Assembly: GCA_028534125.1 (NCBI GenBank)
Contig: CM052816.1
Location: 12,340,001-12,404,000 of the forward strand
Reading direction: 5' to 3'
Source of the DNA: Lama glama
Lineage: Eukaryota
DNA: 64,000 nucleotides
Positions within the stretch are counted from its first letter, which is position 1. The number at the start of each line of letters is the position of its first letter. The notes beneath the pieces were generated by a model that saw nothing but the letters and a program-made list of their open reading frames with translations, was not told the DNA's origin and ran no database searches. Position numbers and translations under genes: made by a program. Below, piece by piece: positions 28,041 to 42,600 of the stretch.

Positions 28041-28515
28041 AATTTGTTTCATCTAACAATATCATGTTTTAGGAAAAAACATGAGAATATGGTAATTAAT
28101 GGACAAATATGCTCCCTGCCCTCTTGGGGCATATATGCTAGTGGGGAAACAAAGACATTAGTCACATAACCAATGAAATGAATACGTAACTGCCAACAGC
28201 TCTAAGTTCAGTGAAGTGAAAACACACAGTACATGAGTAAACATGACAAGGGATCCAATTTAGATGAGGGGATAGGAAAGTTGTCTAGAAAAATAAGGTA
28301 CTAGCTTTGACAGCATGAAAAACCATCGTGGGCACTGTTTTGAAACCAGTTGTAAAATATCTCATGGTGCAGAAAAAGATACTGAATTAGTAGAAGAGTG
28401 AGAAGAGAGACTGCTCCCTGGCTGGTCCACATTAAAGGAAGCCAGCAAAGGGATCAGTGACTTCTATTAGACAAAGGAGAAGAGTTGGACCAGGTCCCTG
28501 ATGCAGCATGGACAC

Positions 28516-28576
28516 CTTGGAAAACATCATCAGAATCATCTGGCAACAGAGTAAGTTGTTGATGGAATCAACTCCT
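28516..28576 (-). pseudogene. TRPC-like fossil exon: selectivity filter / pore-S6 loop
   Basis: Long pyrimidine tract ..ctttcccag|AGGAG...CCAAG|gtgtcc, 61 nt. The phase-2 join with the upstream exon gives LFWTNQ-GVDSINNLL, keeping the LFWxxxG spacing. Confidence 0.6.
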
Positions 28577-28891
28577 CTGGGAAAGCCAGAGGTGGTGGAA
28601 GGAGGAAAAGTTACTTTAAGAAATTTTTTTCTCACATCATAAAAAAAATGAATTTTTTTTTCAGGATCATGAAAGTCCCTTCATGAAACACTGCTCCAAT
28701 TGTCAGGCAGACCGATAACCCAGTTAATTAAAATGCTCTGCCATCTTGCATTTTTCCGTATCGTGGTTTTAGATCTCAAATCCCCAAATAAACTTTAATC
28801 AAAATTCTCCTCTCATGAAGGGGCATTATTAATTGCATTTTTTTGAACAGTAAATGAGAAATGATTTGTGTGGATCATTCAATACAGTCAC

Positions 28892-28970
28892 TGGTTGGTC
28901 CAGAAACAGAACTTATATATTTGGACTCTGACTTTTAGGTATTGATGAAGACCGCATTTTCTGCCCTACA
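28892..28970 (-). pseudogene. TRPC-like fossil exon: pore loop and LFW pore helix
   Basis: ttttttagtttccag|TGTAGG...ACCA|gtgact, 79 nt. Reads CRAENAVFINT* (cf. CEKQNNAFST), then GTT CTG TTT c TGG ACC AAC = VLF(+1)WTN. Confidence 0.65.
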
Positions 28971-29532
28971 CTGGAAACTAAAAAACTAAATGTTGGCATG
29001 AGAAATAAAATAAAGTAAAAGCAGCAACTAAACCATACACTTGAGAAATTATGTTGAGATTTTCACATCCTGAAACAGCCTGTTTCCTACCTTTAATAAG
29101 TTTCAGTTTGCTGTGCTCAGCATAATTGGACACAGCTGCCTGCATTTTCTGCTAGGGTTTGAGAAAAAATGGAGTTATTATTAGAGCTTGGCATAACAAC
29201 CTGCCTGGCCAATGTAAATTTTAAAACTCAATTGTTTATTGGTTGTGAGTTTTCCATTGTAAGCGCACCCAGGAAGTCTTTTCACTAATAAGGGTCTAGA
29301 GAAATGGGCTGAAAAGCTTCCAGTATCCAATCAGAAAATTAATTATTTGATCCATCCATCATGCCACAGTCAACAATGGAGATGTCATCAGACCATACCA
29401 CTGGTTTAATAACAAATGTCCTCAAAACGAGTAACTGCAAGCAGCAAATTCCAGAACTTGCAAGCGAAGCTCATAATGTTTTAAGTCAGAGGTCTTTGTT
29501 AAAGCATGACTTCCATAGAGGGGTAGGTTTGA

Positions 29533-29970
29533 AATCAGTCTTGGTTGGGGTTTCTCTAAAAGCACACTCTGAGATAAGGATTCCAGGGTAAGTGGTTTAT
29601 TTGGGAAATGCAGCGAACACCAGCAGGAAAAACAATGGTGTCAAAGGGAAGGGAAGAGGCTAATAAAGGTGCATCATTTAGCCAGTTACCATAATGAGCA
29701 AATGGGGCTTAACCTCATGGGGAAACTCTGGAAGGTTTTGTTAAGAGTATCTCGTAATTATCCTACCCAAAAGGCAAGGGAGCTGGGGTGTTAGCTGCTT
29801 CTAATGTAAACTCCTAGACATTCCTGGCCTGCCGGGTATAGGTGGGGTGTCACCTTCAGTGACTTTGGAAAAAGCCTTTGAGCAAAAGACATACAGATAT
29901 TGCAATGGAAGCCAGCTAGAATGCACTAGAAGCTTAGACAGAGTGGACTGGGGCAGTAACAGACTGCCTC
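29533..29970 (-). mobile_element. LTR16/LTR33-like ERVL LTR
   Basis: aaagcacactctgagataaggatt..gtggtttatttggga signature. Confidence 0.6.
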
Positions 29971-30194
29971 AACATTCTTTTAAGTATAGATATCCCATGC
30001 AGTGAGAGCTTGGAGGCTAAAATGCCAGCTCCACTAGATTGGTAACGAACTTCCAGGAGCACTGAGTGAGTGGGAAGGCTACGGCAGATGGAGAGGCACT
30101 CGGTAACCCATTAAAGATGTCTGCCATGGGCAAGGCCAAGTAGAATACATGATTGGCTCAGAAGACACGCACATTACATCCTTGATCTACACTA

Positions 30195-30412
30195 GGGGTC
30201 ACTGAGCTTTTTCTGTGCGGGGCCAGAGTAATATTTGGGTAAGTATTTTAGGTACTGCAGGTCACACGTGTAGTCTGAGACACAATCTTCCCTGTTTGCT
30301 GCGCGTTTAACAACCCTTTTAAAACGTAAAAACCATTCTTGGCTTGTGGGCTACACAAACATAGGCTGCTGGCTAGGTTTGTCCCAGAGGTCATTGTTTG
30401 CCAACTCTATCT
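30195..30412. mobile_element. MER58-like hAT MITE
   Basis: ggggtc..ctttttctgt..gggccaga ... gtttgccaactct ends. Confidence 0.65.
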
Positions 30413-31415
30413 ACAGATTAATAATTTCTGACCTTTTCCTTATGAGGACCCTTTTTATTTTAAAATAAATTTTAAAGCCCAGGTGTTACAAATTAATTTG
30501 TGTGTTTTACATACATTTATTTTTTAAAAGTTCCATTGAAATATACACAAGAAGGTCTTAGAAACTTCAGCTACTCTCCCATCCTGCCCCGGAGGGTCTT
30601 GGCACACAGACTGAAATCCACTTACCTAATTCAAATGCACAAGTTTACAGAAGGGGAAACTGAGGACTAGAGAGAAAAAGACTTGTCAAACATCAAATGC
30701 TTAGTGGGTCATCAACCAAATACTCTTTCGTGAGTGATAAGGCCCTTATTAATCTAGAACACGAAACTATAACAGAAAATCCAAACTCCATAATACATAC
30801 ATAAGTACAAATTTGAGTTCTTCTAGGAGCCTAGAAGAAAAAGGGATTAAATATAGGATGAAAGAATAAGGAAAGGCTTCATGAATAAAGACTCTTTCAG
30901 GAAAGGAAAAATCACTTTCGTTTTCTACTAATTGAACGAAAATGAATTGAGCCCCACATGGATAGAGGGCACAGCATTCCAGGGTACAGGTACTAAAAAG
31001 ATAAGAGTAAAAGAAATGGCAATGAATGCAGTGTGTTTCTACTTTAGGTGCAGATTCATTAACATCTAGCAGAATGCTCTGCACAAAGACCTCAATTAAT
31101 AATTTTTTCAATGAATGAATAAATGAATGGCTCAAATAGCAATTCTGGCCCAGAGAATGTATCACAACTGCAGTTGCTCATATGCATTAACAATCAAGTC
31201 CTTTGCATCTTTTTTGTGTCCAGCGTTTGTAAATCTAGTAAGTTTTCAGTGATGCCTAAGATCTGAAGGAGCTGACTGATATTCTTAGTCCACAGTATGG
31301 TACACAAAGAACACAACCAAGTAAATGCATCCTGGCTCAGGAAGAAAGCCGGAGCTAACATTGGTCATTTTTCACTTTCTGTAGGTTTGGCTGCTCCTCA
31401 GAAAATCTAGGGGGA

Positions 31416-31545
31416 GGGGGAGGGTATAGCTCAGTGGTAGAATACATGAGGTCCTGGGTTCAATCCTTAGTACTTCTGTCAAAACGAAAACATAAACCTA
31501 ATTCCCCCTCCCCCAAAAAAAGACAAAACAAAACTCTCATGAAAA
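31416..31545 (+). mobile_element. Vic-1-type SINE with internal deletion
   Basis: A and B boxes, AAACCTAATTCCCCCTCCCCC tail, TSD-like aaaatc(t/c)agggg. Confidence 0.85.
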
Positions 31546-31889
31546 AAATCCAGGGGTAGAGAGAGACTTACATAGTCAAGAAAGCTGGCCAATGCACCCA
31601 GTTTTGGGGAGGGTAAAACATCAGTACAACAGCAGCAGCAATTCATACCCAGTTACAATATAATCAGAGAAGGAGTGACATGATTGCCAACACTTGTTGG
31701 CCAAGAAGCCAAGAACAAAACACACAACCCACTGAGCTCAGCAGAATACGAAGAGATTCCACATTCCTGTGGGTTTCCTGGAAGCAAGGAGCTGATCAAT
31801 GGGCCAATCTCTTTAAACACTTCCGTCAGCCAAATGTGCAGTGCCCTCTGGTGTGGGGTTTGTAACACATAACATATTTGATTAATTCA

Positions 31890-32440
31890 ACTAAGCAGCT
31901 CTGGAGTATTATCAGAGAGCAAGCGGCCTTGGGATATGGGAGCATTATTTAACTAGGATTAAATCTCATTAATCTGGTGATTTTCGTGCCATACCACAGC
32001 AACCATTTGTTATATTCACGGATTCTGTGAATCAAGGATACAGACGAGGCACAATGGGGCTGACTTATCTCTGCTCCCCAAAGTCTGGGGTCTTAGCTGG
32101 GAACACTAGAATGGCTGGGACTGACGCAAAACACTCTTCATTTCCACGTCTGACCACAGAGCTGGGACAACCTGCAACACCAGCATCAGCTGGGACTGTT
32201 AGTCAGAGGTGCCCAATCGTGGTTTCTCCTGGTGCCTTGGGTTTCTTTGCGGTTTGGCATCATTAAGTTAGACGACTTTCCTGTCAGTTCAGGGTTGTAT
32301 TGACAGATGTTCCAGGTCACAAGGTACAAGCTGCATGGCCATTTACCAAACTCCCCAGGTCAATGGGAGAAGCTACAAACTCACACCTCTCCCTGGGAGG
32401 ACTGTCTAACAATTTGGAGACACGTTTTAAGACCTCCACA
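31890..32440 (-). mobile_element. MLT1-like LTR remnant
   Basis: cacggattctgtgaatcagg..ggcacaatggggctgacttatctctgctcc..tctgggg..cagctggga pattern. Confidence 0.55.
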
Positions 32441-33859
32441 CCCATTATCATCATCTGATTTTTATGATGGACTCACATCATGAAAGACATTACAATACAG
32501 GGGCTAAATGAGTGCTGGGTTCAAACATCAACTCCATCATTTATTGGCTATGAGTGTATTATTCCGCCTTCCTCTGCCCCAATTTCTCCCTCTATGGAAT
32601 AGAGGTAGTAGTTGCCATACCTATTATAAGAGTGGTTGCAAGGATCAAATGAGTCAATAAAGTTATTAGTATCTGAAACAAAGAAACATTAAGTAAATGT
32701 TAAATATTATTACATATTGATTCACTTATCAAATGTCAACATAATGGACAGCTCTGTGACAGTGTTTAGAGATACAAAGATCAATAACAGATCCCCAATA
32801 CTCAGCCTATACTCACATTAAAGTGGGGACTCAAAAAATTACAGGAACATCAGATGTGTATACGTCCATAATAGTTTAGTTTAAGGGGAAAATATTGGTT
32901 CTTGGAGTCAGACTACAATTCTTGACCAGAATCTGACACTTTTTGCTGTTTCACCTTCCCAAACCCACTCAACTTCTCCAGTCCTTATCTTTGCTCATCT
33001 TTCACGTAAGACTAGTACAGCATTTTGCATCCATCTTGTAGGGTTATGGTAAAGATTAGTGAAAAAGAATTATGAGTGTTTCACAAACTCTAATGTGTTG
33101 TGTACATGTGAGCTGCCATCACTGAGCAGGAAACGAGTGCTGAATCCTACATGCTGGGATGTCATCACCAAGGGGTCAGTCCAGCAGAAGGGTTCCCAGG
33201 ACTTGTTTCCAAAATAATTTCACAAGAGAGAGTCTGTAACATTACAACATTTAAAATCCAATAGTTCAATATGCCTATTGGCTAAAAATACTTTTTAGTT
33301 AAATATTTACAAACTATGCCTCTCTTCTGTCACAGACCAGAGATTTAATCTATATTCCAAGCTGGATAATCTGCTATGTAGAAGGGGATGTTACAAGAAA
33401 CTACATGAGTCACTTGACAGACAGTAAGTCTCATTTTTGATTTGTGATCAGTCAGAAGAGATAAGTAAATCCCAGAATGAGTTTCCCTGAGATTGATTAA
33501 AAACAAAAGTATCAACATATTTTAAGTTTATCTCTTTGTCCTGTTTAAATACTTGCAACATTACTGTCCTGAAGTGAAAAGAGGTGGGACTTGAAGGGAA
33601 CATACTGTCATTATGCAAGCAGGCATTTCTGCATTATGAGACTTCTATGTGGTATGTGCCTATGAACAGAGCCTGCAGACTGTTTGATCAAAGTAGAAAC
33701 TGGTCTTGGATGGGCCTGTTCATATTCCTACTCATGAGAAAGCAATGGCAGCAAGTTCAAGTCCTTAGTGTGTACGATACAAGTGCACTAAATGGGGTGG
33801 TACTTAAGCAGGGAGACAGGTGATTCAAGGTGGAGATGACAAGAAGACAAATAGGATAA

Positions 33860-34170
33860 TGAAAACAAATCTATGGTGATTGGGGAGGGGGGTGGGTGGG
33901 AAGGGATAAACTGGGAGTTCAAGATTTGCAGATACTAATATATATAAAATCAATAAACAAGTTCATACTGTATAGTACAGGGAATTACATTCAGTATCTT
34001 GTAGTAACCTACGGTGAAAAAGAATATGAAAATGAATATATGTATATTCATGTATGACTGAAGCATTATGCTATATACCAGAAATTGACACAACATTGTA
34101 AACTGACTATACTTCAATAAATAAATACACAAAACCAAAAAAAAAAAAGCTAATTTCAAAAGAAAAAAAA
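33860..34170 (+). mobile_element. Young L1 3' end fragment
   Basis: G-rich tract, 3'UTR, gactatacttcaataaa and A tail. Confidence 0.85.
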
Positions 34171-37100
34171 TGACAGCATTTGGTTACTGATGGATATGGA
34201 AAGAGAGACAGAAGGTTTCCAGATTTTGAGCATCCCAACTAAGACTCTTAGAGATAGTGTCTATCAGATGGTTGAGGAAAATGGCATCTCAGGAGGAAGT
34301 GCTAGAAATGAAAGATGTAGATTAAACTGTCATCAGCCTAGTGATGCAGACTGAAGCTTTAAGAATGGATGAATTCACCAAGGAGAATTTGGGAGGAAGG
34401 TTTCATCAAAGTACCAGAGATCTTAGGCAGAAGGAAAAAAACACAAGAGCTACTAAAGCTGGAGAAGAATTAATCACAACAAACAGAGGAGAAGCAGCGT
34501 AAACCTAGGTCTCAAAGGTGGAAAGGGTTTCCAGGATGCGGAAGGGATGACTAATGATATCCTAGCCAACCAACAAATGAAAGAGGGTAAGGAAAGAGTT
34601 AAAGACCCCTAGATGGTTACTCTCAAAGAATTGTTTTAGCAGAAAAGGCACGGAAATTGAGATATGAGTGTGTGGCAATAAAGAGGATGAAGCACGTGTA
34701 GACTACATTCTCAAAGAAAGAATTTGGGCAAATTTTCCATCTAGGGAAAAGGAGTGAGTAGAAATAACTTAAGATTGGGAAGAACAACATAACTGATGAA
34801 TCAAAGACCCAGAGAAATAGAAATGGGAACTGATGGAGATCGCTTGATTATTAAGAAAAAAGAAAGTATAACTTGGGATGCAGAGAAAGGGATGCTGAGG
34901 AAATTCACACTGAATTGTCTTGGTCTTCTCAGTCAAGCGTTCTGAGGTCCTAAAGTGATTATGGAATGTCTAGAACACATTGGGTTGGAAAGGTGTTTGC
35001 TTTTTCTTCAAGTTATTTAATAGATATTTGGTACCACTCAAAAGTGGTTGTATCTGAATTTACTGTGGAGATAACATACACTGTAATGGAGAAAAATTAC
35101 CTATCTATACTATCATAGCTAAAGATTAACAAAGGATTGCAGATTTTTGTAAAATATGTGGTGTATGTAGCATGTGTGGTATATATAGTATATAATATAA
35201 CGTAATATGTCTGTGTATGTATTACAACATATTATAAAATATCCTAAAACATGCAACACAAGCAGCAGTACCTTGCTCCCCACTTTTATGAATATTTCAT
35301 ATGATTTCCTTAATAGAGAAAACTTCCCATCAGAGACTGAAATACAAAAGATGCTAGAAAAACCAAGGATTTTTTGCTAAGAAATCCTCAGGAAGGAACA
35401 TAATGCAGGTAGTAAGGAAAACTATGACCTCTCATGAGACCTCTTCCTGGAGAAGAAATGAGAGACTTCTCTAAATTCCACTTACATCTTCTAAATGAGA
35501 TGATAAAACGTGGGATCGCAGGAAGGTGAAGGGGTGATTACAACGCAAGATTTCCTCCCAGGGAACTAGACTTCAACAGGACAAAAAAAATCATCTGCAT
35601 TTTCCCAGTTGAACAAATAGAGGAAATACTCCGATACAAATTGCAGGTTAGAAAAAGAGGATCACCTTGAAAACAGAAATCACAGGGATTCCTCTGACAC
35701 AGCAAGCAACAAGCAAAGTATTTAAAAATATTCTGATGTGTGTTCCTCAAAAGATTCAAGAGGGCACTTTATCTGTGAAACTGGAGCTGAGCATTTATTT
35801 TGAAAGAAACCTTCTAAAATAAGGAAAGATTATATAAAGATCTCTCTAAAATATTGAGATAAACGGCAGGTTAGATACTCAACTCAATTAACAATGTGCA
35901 TGACAAATTCAAAAAATTCATAGACGATGCCACAAAGTATTAATGATAGAAGAGTTGAGTAAAAATATAGATGTATAATAACAAAAAAAAAGGTGGAGAA
36001 TACAAGGATAAGACAAAGGTAATAAATAGATGAAAAATTTGCTGGAGTTACGAGGACACAGATTTGCAAGATGAACAGACTCTTTATGTACCATATAGTA
36101 CTGTTAAGTATCATAAGTATTATGTAAAATGAACATAGACCAAAAACTCTTTTGTAATCATTTAATTTCAAGGACCAAAAAAACTCACATGTAATAAGCC
36201 AAGAAGGAAAAGCATGCTACTTGTGCAGCCCCCAAATGCTTTTCTTGAGAAATAAATTATTTACAGATGTATAGCAGCCTCCCCGAGAGAAATCAAAATG
36301 TGTATCTTCGAAAGAAAATGGCTATTATCTGAGGCTGAACTGCGTGCAATAAAACTAAATCAAACAAGGCAAAACTGAAATAATTTGTCTGTATGGTTTT
36401 AAAATTTATGCAATTCAAAATAATTTTAGGCCTTGCATATCATTTAACAGCTTATAACTAACTGATAATAATTTGGGGTTACTCACTAAGTGACCTGAGA
36501 TGATTCTCTGCCCCATCCTTAAAAGAAACACATCTATGTACACTTAATATAATCATACTTTAGATGTATATGCTTCTCAAATTTATATAATAAAAGGCAA
36601 AGTGTGTGTGTGATATAACAAAAGATACGGAAGGAGAAAAACCATCATCAAAAAGGAAAAAAGAAACATCATGAAGATGACTGTAATAAGACTAAACTTA
36701 CCTGCTATCGGCATGAAGGTAAATGAATCAAATTCCTTACTAAAAAAAAAGAGCTTACCGTTGGGGTAACAGTATTCAAATAAAGAACTTACAAAGATAA
36801 ATCACAAGAATGAACACAGGCTGGCAAAATTATCAAAGTATGATTTAAATCAAGGTATGAAAAAGAAGTCATTTATACTGACAGAAGTTAAATACAAAGA
36901 AATAAAGACATGAGTCATGAACCTCCAAGTAGAGAATATAGAATTGAAATACAGTAATCAAAAACTCAGAATTATAGAAAAATTGTCAGAAACACAGATG
37001 AAGTGGGAAAATTTAATATACCAGTATCAGCTTTTGACAGAAAAATATGTAAACAATATACAGAGATTTCAGATATAATACATGATTATGTACAAAACAG

Positions 37101-38110
37101 CTTTTTTACACACCAAGAATCCACCTTATTTTCTCAAGATTATGGAATGATTACCAAAATTGGTTACATTCTGTGGCAATAATAAGAACTGCATAAATTC
37201 TCAAAGGTAGAAGATATATACCACTTTCTCTAATAATAAAGGTAGAATTAATACAGTATATTTCTGAAACATACCAAAGAACTTTTTTAAAAGGAAAATC
37301 AAAACTATAATTATGAGCTATTTATAAAATAATGACAGTAGATTAGTATAATACAGAAAATGACTAAAGAAATTCATATCTTTGAATTAGATCAATATTT
37401 TAAGGTAAATAAAAGGAAATAAACTTTTAACTTCAAGATTTAAACTCATTTGAGGAAAACTAAGAAAATTGTTAACTAATAATCAGAAAAATACATTCCA
37501 TCAAACAAAAGCAAAGAAGTAACAGATATGAGTCTGCGGTGGTTTTGGGGTGGGTGCAGGATCTTCGGTCTGGTAAAACCAATCAAAAGGCATAAAGCAA
37601 ACAGAGGAAAACGTGGCAATACCTATTGAGTATATCTTTTTCTATTTATCTAGATATATATTACATGGGTAGGTATTATTCTGTCCACTGGTATATACAT
37701 ATAAAGTATTTAGTACTAAAAATGAAAAGAATTAAATAAAAGTTTATAAATAAAATTAATTTAAAAAAATATTAAATAAAAGAGGACATGTTCTAAAACA
37801 ATAAGAGTACCAAAACCTGCCTAAAAAGAAAGATAAACTGAAAAGAATGACAACATTGGGCACAACAGAAAAAGAAACTGAATAATTGCTTGTAAAATTA
37901 GTCCTTTGCTTAAATGGCTTTATAAGCAATAGCAACTGAGTATTTAAAGCAGGGATAACTCCTGCTTTCCATCACTTCTTTAATACAAAATGTTTATTTC
38001 ACTTTTTTATTTCATTCTGAAAATAGGTATTACACCAAAATCTTACTGATATATTGAACTAGATTTAAAAATACTTAATAAAATGTTAGTAAATTAAAAC
38101 TACTAGTATA

Positions 38111-38257
38111 CAGGGGGGAGAGTATAGCCCAGTTGTAGAGTGTGTGCTTAGCACACACAAGGTCCTAGGTTCGATCCCCAGTACCTCCATTAAAAATACA
38201 TAAATAAATAAACCTAAGAATACCCCTCCCCAAAAAATGTATTTTAAAAAAATTTTT
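38111..38257 (+). mobile_element. Vic-1-type SINE
   Basis: A and B boxes, tail, and a 13-bp TSD aactact(a/g)gtata at 38098-38110 and 38258-38270. Confidence 0.9.
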
Positions 38258-40683
38258 AACTACTGGTATATCAAAATAATAAAACAAGATATGAGGTCAG
38301 TCAGCCTGGCTAAAACTTGGGATCACTGTTCATACTAGTTTTGTGAACTTATGACTTAGTCTTAACGAGTCTTCACATGTAAAATATTAATAGTACTGAC
38401 TTAATAGAACTGTGGTGAGGATTTAAAAAGATAATACATATATACATAGAACTTAGTGACATTTATTGAGCATATATGGGTAAACATTCAATAAACGTAA
38501 TTTTTTATTGTTTGCTTTTCAACAGATTTGAGGAATGCAAAAAAGATTTCATACTAAATGTGTACTAATACATTTCATTGCATTAACCAGTCAAAGAATA
38601 AACTTTAAGATCATCCTGATATAGCCTAAAACAGCAATGATAAAATTTAATGTGTTCTTCATCAAACACTGAGTCCAAAATTAGAGATGTACAAGAGGAA
38701 TTTTATAATTTGAAAATTTACTCATGAAATAAAGATAGAAAAATGCTTATTAATCACCTTTTATTTGAAAATAAATTAAGTGAGCATTCCAGTACCGCTC
38801 TTCTAAGCAATTATCTTAAAGCAACAAAAAGAATGTACACATTCCAATCTCAGCTATATAGAGACAGCTAAGCCTCAAATCTCAAGATGTGTCAAAGGAC
38901 AGCTAAAGTCAGGAGACAAAAAAAGAAATTACACAGAGAATGAAAAGAGCAAGTTCCTGGCCTCAAATAGCCAATGGCTTAAAGCACTCTTGTGAAGGTA
39001 CATGTTGGTGCAGCCCCTGAGTCCCTGGTCTACACCTATTCAAAGGGCATGTGGTCTGGTAGCAGACGCTTCCCCAGATGAGGCTCCAATCAGCCAGCCA
39101 GAGGAAGCAGCATATGCACAGAAACTCATCACATGAACAAACCACATATTCAGAAATTCGTCTACATCTTCGGAAACAGAGAAAATAATGTTTCATTCTG
39201 AACCACCTCTCCACTTCTTGGTCCTGATGAAACTACTCCCAAATGTAAATCACTGCTAGAGAGAGAAAGAGAGCAAGTTGACCAAACATTATTAGCCCCG
39301 GAAGTATCAGATCCAAGTTCTAGAGGGATGTTCACCAAATATTTGAAAAAAAATTAATTACAATGGTATTTAAATTTCTCCAGAAAATGGAAAAAGAGTC
39401 CCTAAATAATTTTAATGAAATGAACAAAACCTTGATACCAAAAGTTCAGAAATAACAAAGTGAGTCTATATACCAAACTTATTTATAAATGTCATCTTAA
39501 AACCTTAATATATTAGCCAACAGAAGCCAGCAATACATTCAAATAATTATGCACTGTGACTAAGTGGAGTTTACTCCAGGAATGCAGGTATAGTTTAACC
39601 TCAAAATACTTATTAAAATATACAACATATCTAAAAAGAACATTTATGTTTCTCTTCACAGATGTGGATATATTTGATAAAATTCAAAATCATTTCCTAA
39701 TAGAAAGATGAATTAATAAGAATAAATAGCTACTTCCTAACATCATAAGTCAACATCTCACATGATCAGAAAGCTCTTGAAGCATTCTTAGTTAAAATCA
39801 GGAATAAGACAAAGGTGACCACAGCCAGCATTATTATTTAACATTGTTCTGGAGGATTCAAACTGCAATTAGAAAACACAAAAACTAAAGACACACACAC
39901 ACACAAAAAAAAACCTGGAAAGGAGTTAAAATTACCATTATTTGTAGAGGATATTATTGCAAACAATGAGATAAGCAAATTAACTGGAAAACAATTACAA
40001 ACAGTAAGAGAATCCAATAAAGAGGCAATAGATAAAAGTAATACAAGAAATCAATAGTCTTCATTACTATACAAACAACTTAGAACTTAGAATGGAGAAA
40101 AAAAATCCCATTTGAGATAGCAACTCCTCCCTTCCTTTAAAAACAGATAATATCTAGATGAACTACATAAGAAGTATGCAGGATCTATACAAAGCAAATT
40201 TAAGCAGTCTTAAGAGCTGTAAAAGAGGACTTCAACTAGCTTAAAAGGATGTCATGCTCTTGGATGCGAAGATTCAATTCCTTCTAAAGTAATCTATAAA
40301 TTTGACCAAACCCTAAAACAAAAACAAAGCAAAACTCACTGAACTTGAGAGGAGACAAGAAAAAAAAAAATCACTCCAAAATTTAAATGGAAAAAAGAGG
40401 CAAAAATATCCAGGAAGTGTTTGAAAAAGAAAAGTAGTAACGGTTACTATAGTATATGAAAGCATATCTAACAAGTAAAATAATGAAAGCACTATAGTAC
40501 TGGCAAATGACTAGATACAGGAAGTTTCATAGCACTCTATGCTCTATGTGTTAATTACTAAAGAATGTTCACTGAAATTCCCAGATGCTATTTGAACAAT
40601 TAGTAATTATTCAGATAAAGAATATGCTCAAGGTTGGCAAAGGTTTAGAGCAATAGGAAATCTCATATACTGGGAAAAACTGA

Positions 40684-40787
40684 TAGACTAATTTCTTATT
40701 ACCTATCTAACACTTTAAATATATTTATATAGTTGTAGAGTAATTTCTTATTACCTATCTAACACTTTAAATACATTAATACAGTTG
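40684..40787. repeat. 52-bp tandem duplication
   Basis: taatttcttattacctatctaacactttaaata occurs at 40689 and 40741. Confidence 0.9.
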
Positions 40788-42261
40788 AATCTCTTGTACT
40801 TCTATTTGTACTTAAACAAAAGGTGTTTAAGAACTAAACAGACATGTATACCAATGTACTGAAATATTCACCACACCATTATTTAAAATGGCAACAGTTT
40901 GATCCAATCAAAATATTCAACAATAGGAAACATGTAAAATGAATTTTAACATGTAGAGTATTTTGCAGTTAAATTTATGTAAGTTACTGAATATAAATAA
41001 TAAAAAGACAGAAATTTAACTCAAAAATGTATGAAGAAGTGAACAAGCTATTTGTAAACAGGAAACCACAGATGGGTAACCAGAACATAAAGACTTTCTC
41101 AAATTCACTGGCTTTAGAATGACGTATCAGATTATATCCATCAGATTTCAAAAAGTTTAAGAAGTTGGATTACATCTAGATTTAATCTAGGGAAATGAGA
41201 TCCTCGAGCATTGTTTCTGGGAGGCTTAACTGATATCAGGTGGTCAAAAACTGGCATCACCTGTAGAAATTCAATCTGCATATGCTTTTGGATGGAGAAA
41301 TCACACTCCAAGGATCGAGCTCAGAGAAATTTTTACTCAGTTCCATAAGGGAACATGTTCAAAGATGTCCCTCACAGCATTGTTGCTGACTATGATATCT
41401 TCATAGCATTGTTTATAACTCCAAAGTTTCTACCAAATGAGGAATGGAAAAATAAAGTGCAATAGATGATCATTATGGATATATAATGCAGTTAAAGACA
41501 GAATTATATACATACAAAGAGAGAGAGAAAGAAGTAGGTCTTAAACTATAGTAAACAAAATAACTAGAAATGAGCCTGGTCTTGAGCAAATTATAATTTC
41601 AATGATTTGGAAAACATATTTTTAAAATCTTATTTTATAACATTTATTTCACAAGACTATTCACATGTCTAGGGTCATATATCAGACATAAGAGGATGTC
41701 TATGTGAATTTAGGGAGCAGTGGGATGGTTTATGAGTGCAGATCAGTAATGAGAGGTTCCGTAAATTCTGAAAGTGATTATGTGCCCTGAATGCTCTACA
41801 CTAGAGGCTTAAGCAAAATTGGAAAAATCATGATACAGAAGATGATTTAATGTCATTAGAATGTGTATAATATAAGTGATTTTAAAAATCAAAATATGAA
41901 ACACAATATATGGATTATCTCAATTTTGTTATTTAAGTATATAAATATCCTGCCCCTTATCAAAATTACACCTAGAAATTTTAGTTTCTGTAGATGATTT
42001 TTCAACTTCGATACATATTGAGATAATGACAGAACTGAGTACAAATAACAAAAAAAGAGTACAAAGGGACTGGAAAAGAACCTCTCGTTTCCAATCCTAG
42101 GTCTCTGGTCTATGAGCTATGTGATCAGACCTATAATTTTAAAACTCAGTCTTGCATCTGAAAACTGGGTACAGCAATGTTTTCACTACACCTCAGGATG
42201 ATTTTAAGGATTATTCAACTCAGCACAAGTGGAACTATTTATAACCCATAAAGCTAAGAGT

Positions 42262-42600
42262 ATACGGGTCCACAATTTTTTATCTCAAACATTTGGGGTT
42301 GGACATGCTTCAGAATTCAGAATTTTTCTGTTTTAGAGACACAACATGTAGAAATATATGTTACATGTCATCCCAAGTAGGGGCAAGGGAGCTATCCTGT
42401 ACTTCTATTTTTCTTCAGTGAAATATTCATCTTCTCACTAAGAGGAAAACATATGTCACTAGCCCCGGGTCAGTTCAGGGGTTGTTGACAAATTAGTTCA
42501 AGCCACATCAGGTTTTGCCAAGTCAATTACAAAACCCTGTGATTTCCAGAACTTTCTTTGGTATTAGAATTGCAGATAAGCAGGTCAAGACTTACAATCT
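42262..42600. mobile_element. MER46C-like Tigger element
   Basis: tcagaattcagaattttt..gaattgcagataag signature. Confidence 0.6.

Larger units (their letters stand above)
35500..41950 (+). mobile_element. Long, decayed old L1 fragments (ORF1/ORF2/3'UTR)
   Basis: A-rich, with recognisable ORF2 remnants (e.g. ttactccaggaatgcagg, aaatcaggaataagacaaagg, ttatttaacattgttctggagg). Interrupted by a SINE and a MIR; boundaries approximate. Confidence 0.7.

Noticed and set aside
24066..38257. tRNA-like sequences at 24066, 31416 and 38111
   Set aside because: A tails, TSDs and a shared non-tRNA tail identify them as SINEs, not tRNA genes.
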